From: Methanobacteriota archaeon
GTDB lineage: Archaea > Thermoplasmatota > Poseidoniia > Poseidoniales > Poseidoniaceae
Assembly: GCA_004195515.1 (NCBI GenBank)
Contig: PSPR01000015.1
Location: 13,609-77,608 of the forward strand
DNA: 64,000 nt
Direction of reading: 5' to 3'
The translations under genes and the position numbers were made by a program. Below, piece by piece: positions 1 through 8,254 of the stretch (its first letter is position 1; every line of letters starts with the position of its first letter). Under the pieces are notes generated by a model. That model made no database searches, had not been told where the DNA came from, and saw only the letters and a program-made list of their open reading frames with translations.

Positions 1-2319
1 CAACCATATGCGGTTGCAGTATCAGGGGTTGGAGTCAACGATTTACGCCCAGACCCGGTTCCAGCGGCTGAAACCTTCATGACCGATATTGAGATCCCCC
101 AAGTCGGCGATGATGTACAATTGCAAATCGATATCGTCAATCTAGGAAATGTCGAGGCCGAAAATGTCGATTTGGTCGTCGAGGAAGAAGGTGTTCCATT
201 CGAATCAGATAATTTCAACCTCGGACCAGGTGGCAAAAGAACCCTCTTTTTCTCTTGGCAACCTCAGACCGCAGGCGCCCGTACAATTTCGTTTATCTTA
301 GACCAAGATGATTCGATCGATGAGATAAACGAAGGAAATAACCAAGTCGACATCATCGTTAATGTCACTACTCCAGGGGTGAGGATTGAATCCGAATCAC
401 CTACTACCAATTTGCTCGATATCAATGCAACCACCTCTTCTTGGCAAGTATTGCTGACCAATACCGCTTTGATCAGCACAAATGCCTCTTTGTCATCTAC
501 CTCAGTTATTGCCCCAAATGGTTCTTCGATAAGTTGGTACCTCGGACTTGACCAGACCGATTTTGAATTGGCTGGCCAAGAAAGTGCGATGATCCATGTT
601 ACATTGGTTCACCCTGCGGGTCCGGACCCAGGATTCTATCAAATCAATTTACTCGGTGAAGATAATGATAATTTAGTATCTTCGCCATTCACACTCGAAC
701 TAGATGTGCCGATTTTGGCTGATACAAGACTCGAATTCGATTATCAGATAATTCCGGTTCATCCGGTCGAGGCAACCTCGATAGATGTCCGGCTATTCAA
801 TCTGGGCAATGCTGATGTTGGATATGATTTATTCTTGGAGTCTCCACCTGGTTGGCATTCTGGTTTCGATGACCTTTCGGCTCAAGGTGGTGCGAATTCT
901 GGTTCGACGGGCTTGATGCTTGAGGATGGCCAAAGGACGGTTGGAATTTCTTTTACACCGCCTCAAGTAATGACCTTAGCTGGAGCAGAATTAACGGTAA
1001 AACTTCGGGTTGTAGCCCAAACCGAAGAGGCTGCGACCACGATTTATGATTTACCATTAGAGATACTTCAATTGAAATCAATAAGTGTTTCATTAGAAAA
1101 TTCCCTATCGGATATGATGCCTGGGTCCAATTTGGCATTACAATATAGTATTGAGAACAGAGGCAATGTTGACATCTCAATCAGCCCAAGAATGGAGTTG
1201 CCAATTGGCTGGATTCAGAATACAAATCTTGAAAATTTCGATTTATCGTGGACCCAATCAAAAAATATGTTGATTTCGGTTAGTGCTACCGACCAAGCAA
1301 AAAGCGGTACGATTAAACTGATCCTCGATGGCAGTCTAGAGTCTTGGTCGGAAGAAAAATCGGTCACAGTAATTGATTTGGCAGAACCATCGATGACATT
1401 CATTGGTTTGGAAATCGAAGGTGAAACGTGGGACCACATCTTTGGCTCTGGTCAACACCCTGCTGGCGTGATGATAAATTATACTTGGCTGGTTTCAAAT
1501 GATGCTCAAAACACTTGGAATGCAAGTGTTAGTTTGTCCAAAGATAATACCTTACTCGGGGAATGTGATGATATTGAGCCGGTCGGATATAATCAGGTCG
1601 TTCCACTCAGTTGTACAATAATAATCTCTGCTCTGGCCGATGTAGGTACCGAGCCTGAATTTACCGTTATCCTTGAAGGTGACATGGTGAAATATGAGGA
1701 AAAAGTAACCATGTTAGTCGCTGCTAAAAGGGAGATTACTTGGAAAATAGATGGTTCAACCACAATCGATGTCGACACCTCTTCAACCTTACAAATCACA
1801 ATTACCAATGTTGGAAACACTCTAGTTTCCCATCGAATTGATGCAACCCCTCCTTCAGGTTGGGTTATTTCATTCGAGGGCGAGGATACGGTTTCTCTCG
1901 AAGCAGGTCAATCTGAAAAACTTAGATTAATACTCACGCCAGGACCAGAATCGGAAAAAGGAAATTTGAAGTTAAGTTTGGCAGATGGAGATTCGGTGAT
2001 AAATTCAGAATTAGAGGTTGATTTGATCCCCCTTTACGCAGATGTTGGCGCAGAATTTTCATCGGCTCAAATTTTTATCTCATCATTGATGATTATTGGC
2101 ATCATCGCAGGCTTATTTTTACTTGTCCTGAAGAAGAAAAACGATTCAATTTTCAAAGAATCACCGGCGCCAACAACGCCTTGTTGGGCTTGCCGTCAGC
2201 CTATTTTGACCGGAATGGTAGGTTGCCCGGGTTGCGGTGCTCGTTATCACTCAACCTGCGAAATAGATTCTTGTAATAATTGCCAAGGTGAATCCTCGTT
2301 TTTCATCATTGTTGAGTGA
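1..2319 (+). CDS. Cell-surface adhesin-like protein, 5' end cut by the window edge. Array of CARDB/NEW3-type beta-sandwich domains, one C-terminal TM helix, short cytoplasmic Cys-rich zinc-ribbon tail
   Basis: Frame 1 is open from nt 1, with no stop before the track Met at 79. Repeated 'N.GN' and 'P(P)GW' strand motifs. CARDB-like 'DEINEGNNQVDIIV'. TM 'IFISSLMIIGIIAGLFLLVL' followed by KKKN. Tail CWAC..CPGC..C..CNNC. Confidence 0.7.
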   Translation, partial: QPYAVAVSGVGVNDLRPDPVPAAETFMTDIEIPQVGDDVQLQIDIVNLGNVEAENVDLVVEEEGVPFESDNFNLGPGGKRTLFFSWQPQTAGARTISFILDQDDSIDEINEGNNQVDIIVNVTTPGVRIESESPTTNLLDINATTSSWQVLLTNTALISTNASLSSTSVIAPNGSSISWYLGLDQTDFELAGQESAMIHVTLVHPAGPDPGFYQINLLGEDNDNLVSSPFTLELDVPILADTRLEFDYQIIPVHPVEATSIDVRLFNLGNADVGYDLFLESPPGWHSGFDDLSAQGGANSGSTGLMLEDGQRTVGISFTPPQVMTLAGAELTVKLRVVAQTEEAATTIYDLPLEILQLKSISVSLENSLSDMMPGSNLALQYSIENRGNVDISISPRMELPIGWIQNTNLENFDLSWTQSKNMLISVSATDQAKSGTIKLILDGSLESWSEEKSVTVIDLAEPSMTFIGLEIEGETWDHIFGSGQHPAGVMINYTWLVSNDAQNTWNASVSLSKDNTLLGECDDIEPVGYNQVVPLSCTIIISALADVGTEPEFTVILEGDMVKYEEKVTMLVAAKREITWKIDGSTTIDVDTSSTLQITITNVGNTLVSHRIDATPPSGWVISFEGEDTVSLEAGQSEKLRLILTPGPESEKGNLKLSLADGDSVINSELEVDLIPLYADVGAEFSSAQIFISSLMIIGIIAGLFLLVLKKKNDSIFKESPAPTTPCWACRQPILTGMVGCPGCGARYHSTCEIDSCNNCQGESSFFIIVE

Positions 2320-2373
2320 TTCACCAAAACAAATTCACATAGCCTTTGAATGGGATGACTTCGACCGGGGTTC

Positions 2374-5262
2374 ATGGAACCCCGCCGAGAACCCTCCTTG
2401 CGTACCCAGCGCCGAGCCAGTTTATTCCTGGTTTCCCTGCTACTAATTTCGTTAATTCCTGTAATTGCTAGCCCGGTTTTGGCAGACGAAAGTGGAAGAG
2501 ATGCTCAAATTCAATTATCGGTTACCCCATCCTCTCAAACCGTGAATCCAGGAGAGACCGCGGAGTATACTGTCCGAGTTTACAATCGAGGTTCAAACTC
2601 GGTCTCGATAAATCTTGCAGCAAATAACGAACAAGACTGCAATGGATACTCTTCATCGATCGGCCAGATTAGCCAACCAATTGAGGCTAATGATTATGAA
2701 GAGACCTTCCTCAATGTCACACTTGCTCAAAATGCCGGAGGAACTTGCACGACTACCGTGACCGCAAATGCGAATGAACAACCCACTCCTCCGGATCAAC
2801 CGGGATCGCCTGCTCAAGAACAATCCACGGTTGATACTACCGCCGGTGATGGCGAGAGTTCTGCATTATTTGGCGTCGATCTCACAGTAGACGGCCCTCA
2901 CAAAACTTGGGGCGGAGAATCTTCACTCGACTGGGATGTCGAGGTTGAGAACACCGGTAGAACTCAGGAAACGATCGATTTAACCATCGAAAGTATCGGT
3001 GGATCAGGCTGTGCTGGCTCGAATACTATGTCGGTTTCAGTCGACCCTTCACAGGTTCAAATCGATAATGATTCATCGGAATGGGTTGTCGTGACCGTCG
3101 ATGTTCCAGACGGCCAAGCAGCGGATACCTTCTGCTGGGAAATCACAGGGGTCGTAACAAATGATCAGAATCCTAACGGAAGCGCTTCGGATACCGAAAG
3201 CTTCGATTTAGAAGTCCCTGTTCTCAAAGAATGCGATATTGAGTTATCCAAGACCTCGATCAATATAGATCCTGGAAATACTGGTACTGTTATCGCAACC
3301 TTCTCGAACACCGGCAACTCCGATTGGTCACTCAACGTTGCATTTGGTGGTTCGAATGCAGGCTGGGCCGAAGTCGATGGCGCTTCGAGTGGAATGTTGC
3401 CCTATAGCGATGGAGAAGGGCAAAAAGAATTCACAGTCGAAATAACTCCTGATGATTCAGTTGAAGCAAATTCACAATCTGCGATCACCATCCAAGGAAA
3501 GGATGGCGGAATAGTCAAATGCAGTTCGGATATATCTGTGACTGTAGGTCAATCCCATGGTGCTACGATGTCGCTTGGAAATACTGCACTATACAATATT
3601 GAACCGGGTCAAAACACCTCGACTACCCTAACTGTAACAAACGCAGGAAATGGGGCTGATACTTTCAAGATTTCAGCATCCTCCCTGCCGTCTGGCTGGA
3701 GCGTATCTTTGGAATCCAACACGGTCTCTACCCAATCTCGACATACAAATGACAAGAGCGCGACCATCGATGTAAGCGTCTCGCTTCCTCTCGATGCACT
3801 TGCGACCGAAGAGGTCGAAATCACCTTCTCGGTTGGACCTAATTCGGGTGGGGCAGCATACTCAACTCAAACTCTTACTGTGACGGTTATGTCGATTCAC
3901 GGTATGAACGGAGATGCGCCAGCCGAGGACCAAACAGGTCGCTCGGACACTACAGTTCAATTCCCAATCACAATTACCAACGAAGGAAATACCGAAGATA
4001 GGTTCAGATTTTCGGTTATCAGTCAAACCACAACCCCCGGTTGGTCAAGCCACTTTGAAACGATTGACGGTGATGTGATGACCGAAGTAGACATAGACGC
4101 AAGAGCTGCGAGAACTATGTATTTAGTCGTCAGCATCGATGGGGTCGAAGAATTGGATTCGTCTAGATTAACGGTTAGAGTTACCAATACTGGAGATAAT
4201 AATAACGGCGATGAAAACGAAGATGGTGTCCCTGATAACCAAGTTGAATTCATGTTCCGGGCAATATTATCGGACCGTGATTTTGCGATGGATGCTTTGA
4301 TAATGTTTGAAAACGAAGTGACCAGAGATGACTTGCTTGTCCTTCCACCAGGGGGAAGTTCAACCTACACGATCAAGGTATTCAACACCGGAGATGGAAC
4401 CGATAAGGCAATCTTCGATTTCAATGGACTGAGCGGTACAGCAACTCGTACTCTTTACTACCAAGGTTTGGAAGTTGATGGAGCGATTAAAATTCCAAAA
4501 GGATTTGGTGCAATGGATAAGATCACCGGAGAATTTTACTTTGATGATAATGGTCCAATGATTGGATCGACCGATGATAAAATAGTCGAGAAAATGATTG
4601 CAGAGGGCTTGATGGAAACTCACGAATCCGTGGTTTACTATGCGGTCTTCACATTGGAAATTGCAGTAAATCCAGGCGCAGAAAATGGCGATGGCGGCCT
4701 ATTGGAAATGGTGGTAACATCTGTTTCTAATTCGGCAAATCGAAGCGGAAGAGTTTCGATATCATTGTCGATTGAAACCGTAATGAAACTTAGTTTGGTC
4801 CTTGAAGGCGATTCAGAACGAGATATTACCTTTGGTGAGATTGGTGCTACTTCAAAATTCAAAACCAATTTGACAAATAGTGGGAATATAGTTACTGAAG
4901 TGAAAATTTTCTCATCTGGAAATATGCGTGGTTGGTCGATTCACTTGACTTCGAATGGCTCTTGCGATAATAATGGTGACCATTTGATCTGCACGGTAAA
5001 AGAAGGGGAATCAATTTTGGTAACAGCCAAGGTTACCCCCCCTGGTGGAGATATTGCTGAGGTTGAAGATTCGTTTACATTCACATTATCGGCCGAGCCG
5101 GTAGATGTTGGTTTGGTCGGACGTCAAAACCTCGAAATGACAGTTAATGGCGCACCGGCTGAATTCGGATTAAACGGCTTGATGACACCGACCGTTCTTT
5201 CCGGAATGGGCGGAATTATCCTGCTTGGGTTACTGGTTATGGCTTGGCGCGGCCGGCGATGA
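2374..5262 (+). CDS. Secreted, C-terminally anchored surface protein with about 8 NEW3/CARDB-like (COG1470-type) domains
   Basis: N-terminal signal peptide (RRASLFLVSLLLISLIPVIASPVLA). Recurrent 'V(T/Y/F)N.GN..D.F' and 'P.GWS' motifs. C-terminal TM 'GMGGIILLGLLVMAW' followed by RGRR. Confidence 0.7.
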   Translation: MEPRREPSLRTQRRASLFLVSLLLISLIPVIASPVLADESGRDAQIQLSVTPSSQTVNPGETAEYTVRVYNRGSNSVSINLAANNEQDCNGYSSSIGQISQPIEANDYEETFLNVTLAQNAGGTCTTTVTANANEQPTPPDQPGSPAQEQSTVDTTAGDGESSALFGVDLTVDGPHKTWGGESSLDWDVEVENTGRTQETIDLTIESIGGSGCAGSNTMSVSVDPSQVQIDNDSSEWVVVTVDVPDGQAADTFCWEITGVVTNDQNPNGSASDTESFDLEVPVLKECDIELSKTSINIDPGNTGTVIATFSNTGNSDWSLNVAFGGSNAGWAEVDGASSGMLPYSDGEGQKEFTVEITPDDSVEANSQSAITIQGKDGGIVKCSSDISVTVGQSHGATMSLGNTALYNIEPGQNTSTTLTVTNAGNGADTFKISASSLPSGWSVSLESNTVSTQSRHTNDKSATIDVSVSLPLDALATEEVEITFSVGPNSGGAAYSTQTLTVTVMSIHGMNGDAPAEDQTGRSDTTVQFPITITNEGNTEDRFRFSVISQTTTPGWSSHFETIDGDVMTEVDIDARAARTMYLVVSIDGVEELDSSRLTVRVTNTGDNNNGDENEDGVPDNQVEFMFRAILSDRDFAMDALIMFENEVTRDDLLVLPPGGSSTYTIKVFNTGDGTDKAIFDFNGLSGTATRTLYYQGLEVDGAIKIPKGFGAMDKITGEFYFDDNGPMIGSTDDKIVEKMIAEGLMETHESVVYYAVFTLEIAVNPGAENGDGGLLEMVVTSVSNSANRSGRVSISLSIETVMKLSLVLEGDSERDITFGEIGATSKFKTNLTNSGNIVTEVKIFSSGNMRGWSIHLTSNGSCDNNGDHLICTVKEGESILVTAKVTPPGGDIAEVEDSFTFTLSAEPVDVGLVGRQNLEMTVNGAPAEFGLNGLMTPTVLSGMGGIILLGLLVMAWRGRR

Positions 5263-5277
5263 CCCCTATAGGGGTCA
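5260..5277 (+). terminator. Perfect 18-nt palindrome (tgacccc-tata-ggggtca) that includes the stop codon of the upstream surface-protein gene. Possible transcript-end hairpin
   Basis: Read directly: 7-bp GC-rich stem, 4-nt loop. No following T-tract, so terminator function is uncertain. Confidence 0.3.
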
Positions 5278-5346
5278 GCCGTTCAGTGAAGCGTTCTAGC
5301 GTATGGGGCTGAAGCAACGCTTATGGACGGAGGACGGGTCGGCCGG

Positions 5347-5372
5347 ATTGGAGAGCGTTAGCATTCTCCAAT
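5347..5372 (+). promoter_or_regulatory. Inverted repeat (attggaga-N10-tctccaat) directly next to the nuoA Shine-Dalgarno (ggtgat, 5373-5378)
   Basis: 8-bp perfect stem read from the sequence. The SD and the GTG start (5384) follow immediately. Confidence 0.3.
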
Positions 5373-5383
5373 GGTGATTTCCC

Positions 5384-5857
5384 GTGGTCTTCGCAGAAAC
5401 CGTGACAGGCTCTTATCTTTCAATGGCTTTGATGACCTTAATCGGCATCGGTATGCCGCTGGGTGCATTCGTTACTCAATACTTTTTGATGCCGAAAACC
5501 GACGCATCTCGACCCCATATGACCAAGTCTTGGTTGTTGGAAGGTTATGAAACAGATCACAGCCTTTATCCTCGTCGGCTTTCGACTTACGAATGTGGTT
5601 CAAAACCAGTAGGGGATGCAATGATTCAATTCCATTTCCAATATTATTGGTATGCGATTATTTTCTTGGTTTTTGATGTTGCTTTCATGTTCATGGCTTT
5701 GGCTGGCATGTTGTCTATGGAGGCGACCGGTGCTGGTGCTAGCAGCGCTTCACAATCAAATATCGAAGGCGAATTAATGGTCTTCCTCGTATTCTTTGCC
5801 ACTATGGTTCTAGGTGTCTGGCACGTCTTCCGCAAGCGAGGACGAATCTACATTTGA
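5384..5857 (+). CDS. nuoA: NADH-quinone oxidoreductase subunit A
   Basis: 'YECG..P.G.A..QF...YY..AIIFL.FDV' NuoA/ND3 signature. Three TM helices. GTG start 5 nt after GGTGAT; ATG at 5423 is an alternative start. Confidence 0.85.
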   Translation: MVFAETVTGSYLSMALMTLIGIGMPLGAFVTQYFLMPKTDASRPHMTKSWLLEGYETDHSLYPRRLSTYECGSKPVGDAMIQFHFQYYWYAIIFLVFDVAFMFMALAGMLSMEATGAGASSASQSNIEGELMVFLVFFATMVLGVWHVFRKRGRIYI

Positions 5858-5863
5858 GGTGAT
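5856..5863 (+). promoter_or_regulatory. Shine-Dalgarno GAGGTGAT for nuoB. The same 8-mer occurs at 8242 (nuoH), 9735 (nuoI) and 11561 (nuoL)
   Basis: Identical GAGGTGAT lies 4-5 nt upstream of four ATG starts in the operon. It is complementary to the conserved 16S rRNA 3' end (GATCACCTCC). Confidence 0.7.
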
Positions 5864-5867
5864 TTTG

Positions 5868-6431
5868 ATGAGCGATACAGGAGAAAATTATACCGCTTTT
5901 AACAGCCGATTATTGGTTGAAGCAGTCGGCGATGTGACCGACGAAGCTCTCAAGGCGACCAAGATCAAACAATTGCTCAGCGTCTTGGCCGGCCGTTTTT
6001 TTAATTGGGCAGGACGCAAATCTTTGTTTACACTCCACTTGGGCATCAAGTGCTGCGCTATCGAGATGGCTGCATCTGCAACCCCTCGATTTGATGGTGA
6101 TCGGTTTGGAGTTCTATTCCGTTCCAGTCCGCGTCAATCCGATGTGCTTCTGGTCAATGGACCAATTTCAAAGAAATTCGCAGACCCCTTGGTTCGCCTT
6201 TGGGAGCAAATGCCTGAACCAAAATATTGCATCGCAATGGGTGAATGTGCAATTTCTGGCGGACCATATTATCAATCTTACAATATTTTAGAAGGGGTCG
6301 ACACCTTGATCCCAGTAGATATTTACATTCCTGATCGATGGTTTTGGCAAATTGCGGGAGAAAATAATCCGGATTGGTGGAGCGCCTTCTACCGGCCGAG
6401 ATGGCGACAAGCCAATCATAGTAGGAGATGA
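5868..6431 (+). CDS. nuoB: NADH-quinone oxidoreductase subunit B (PSST/Nqo6 homologue), apparently disrupted. The C-terminal PGCPPRPE block is missing and the reading frame shifts at about 6331
   Basis: 'GIKCCAIEM', 'SPRQSDV', 'MGECAISGG', 'IPVDIYIP' are canonical NuoB. After 6332 the ORF frame gives unrelated sequence (DRWFWQ...). The +1 frame gives the canonical C-terminus LIDGFGKLREKI..., ending at 6435. ATG 5868 with SD is preferred over the track start at 5814, which overlaps nuoA. Confidence 0.85.
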   Translation: MSDTGENYTAFNSRLLVEAVGDVTDEALKATKIKQLLSVLAGRFFNWAGRKSLFTLHLGIKCCAIEMAASATPRFDGDRFGVLFRSSPRQSDVLLVNGPISKKFADPLVRLWEQMPEPKYCIAMGECAISGGPYYQSYNILEGVDTLIPVDIYIPDRWFWQIAGENNPDWWSAFYRPRWRQANHSRR

Positions 6432-6438
6432 GTAATCC

Positions 6439-7092
6439 ATGGGAATTACCATTACAAAAGAGCAAAACGCGAAAGCGGCTTCAACTATTGCTGCTGCGAT
6501 TTCTAAGCGTTTTTCCGATGGTGGAATCAACGCTGAATCAGTTTCACATTCGAATGATAAGAAATTAGATTTCGTCAGAATAACCTGTGAGCCAAATCAA
6601 TGGCGAGCGGTTGCAAAATGGTTGGCTCACGAGGGTGGAGTCGGTCATTGTTCGATGGTTACAGGCACGCACTTCCCCGATGGTCCTGCCGAGCGGGGCT
6701 GGGAAGTGGTCGTTCATTTGATGAAATGGCCGATCGTAAACGTAGCAGCACATTCGATGATCGTGCACGACCCTTCAAAATTCAAAACCGAAGAAGTACC
6801 TATGGAATTTGAGGTAGTTATCCCTATTGCAGCGGGAGATTCTCCAAGCATCCCAACGGTCCAAGACATTTGGGTCGGTGCTGATTGGAATGAAAAGGAA
6901 ACCTGGGATTTGGTCGGAATTGATTTCGAAGGCCATGTCAATATGCACCGGGTTCTCAATCCCCACGACTCCCCAGTCGGATTCCATCCGCTACAACGAC
7001 AACACAAAATTCGATATCACGATTTCAATGAAATGTATGACGACCCCCAAGGATTTGGTCGTAAACCGGTTGATGAGGGCCGGGTAAAGTGA
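6439..7092 (+). CDS. nuoC: NADH-quinone oxidoreductase subunit C (30 kDa)
   Basis: 'ADW.E.E.WD..GI.F.GH......L' NuoC signature (VGADWNEKETWDLVGIDFEGHVNMHRVL). Correct operon position. Confidence 0.9.
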   Translation: MGITITKEQNAKAASTIAAAISKRFSDGGINAESVSHSNDKKLDFVRITCEPNQWRAVAKWLAHEGGVGHCSMVTGTHFPDGPAERGWEVVVHLMKWPIVNVAAHSMIVHDPSKFKTEEVPMEFEVVIPIAAGDSPSIPTVQDIWVGADWNEKETWDLVGIDFEGHVNMHRVLNPHDSPVGFHPLQRQHKIRYHDFNEMYDDPQGFGRKPVDEGRVK

Positions 7093-7103
7093 GGTGGTTA
7101 TGA

Positions 7104-8243
7104 ATGGCAGAAATGTGGATTACAATGGGTCCTCAACACCCGATGACTCACGGTCTTTGGACCATGAGAGTCAAGGTCGATGGTGAAACCATCACCGATA
7201 CCGAAGCCGAGTTAGGCTATATTCACCGTGGAGTCGAAAAAATATGTGAATCGAGAGATTTCACCCAAATCACTCCATATTGTGACCGTCTTTGCTACGT
7301 TAGTGCGATGACTTGGGCTCATTCTTATGTTATGGCAGCAGAGGATTTACTCGAAGCCGAAGTTCCTGAACGAGCTGAATATATCCGATTGATGGCAGCT
7401 GAAATTCAAAGGCTTGCAAGTCACTTGATGTGGCTTGGGGCTTTCGGTCCAGATATTGGAAACCTCACCTTGATGACCTGGTGTCTTCGAGATCGCGAGA
7501 TGTTCCTCGACCTGCTGCAAGAATTAGGCGGCTCGAGAATGCATTACAACTTCCCAAGGGTCGGTGGAGTCAAGCGCGATATTCCTATCGGCTGGGCTGA
7601 CCGCATGCGAGCAAAAGTCAAACTTTTCGAACATCGTATCGATGAATACGAAATGCTATTGGATGAATCAACCATTTGGCTGGTTCGCCTTCAAGGTGTT
7701 GGATATGCAACAGCAGAAGATCAGCTCAACGCCGGGGTCACAGGGCCAAATATCCGTGCAGCCGGCGTGAATACCGATGCTCGTTGGACCAATCCATACT
7801 CGGTTTACGACCAAGTAGATTGGGAACCAGCAGTCGAAAAACCAACCAGTGTCAAGGGTGCTGATTGTTATGATCGTTACCGTGTTAGAATGGAAGAGAT
7901 GCGACAATCTTGTCGAATGCTCTTAGATGCGATCGAAAAGATTCCGGGCGGCTCAAATACCCATTACCAACCTGGTGATGAAATGATTCTCACCAAGGCT
8001 CCAACCCGTGCACCCGAGGGTGCGACCGGATTCTCTACTTACGAGTGTACTCGTGGTGTTAGCCAATTCTACCTAAAAGGTGGGGGCGATAGCCGCGGGA
8101 AGAATCCTTACCGAATGTCGATTCGCTCGCCGATATTCATTACAATTCCTTACGTAGCAAAATCGATGATTGGCTATAAAATCGCAGATATTCCTGCGAT
8201 AATGGGGTCGTTTGACCCCTGTATTGGGGAGAGCGACCGTTGA
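7104..8243 (+). CDS. nuoD: NADH-quinone oxidoreductase subunit D (49 kDa)
   Basis: 'MGPQHPMTHG', 'LGYIHRGVEK', C-terminal 'MGSFDPCIGESDR'. SD GAGGTGGT upstream. Confidence 0.95.
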   Translation: MAEMWITMGPQHPMTHGLWTMRVKVDGETITDTEAELGYIHRGVEKICESRDFTQITPYCDRLCYVSAMTWAHSYVMAAEDLLEAEVPERAEYIRLMAAEIQRLASHLMWLGAFGPDIGNLTLMTWCLRDREMFLDLLQELGGSRMHYNFPRVGGVKRDIPIGWADRMRAKVKLFEHRIDEYEMLLDESTIWLVRLQGVGYATAEDQLNAGVTGPNIRAAGVNTDARWTNPYSVYDQVDWEPAVEKPTSVKGADCYDRYRVRMEEMRQSCRMLLDAIEKIPGGSNTHYQPGDEMILTKAPTRAPEGATGFSTYECTRGVSQFYLKGGGDSRGKNPYRMSIRSPIFITIPYVAKSMIGYKIADIPAIMGSFDPCIGESDR

Positions 8244-8254
8244 GGTGATTTATT

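Noticed and set aside
5814-5867. Longer nuoB start at 5814, overlapping nuoA by 44 nt
   Set aside because: The ATG at 5868 lies 4 nt after a perfect GAGGTGAT SD and matches where NuoB homologues begin. The upstream extension is just the out-of-frame nuoA 3' end.
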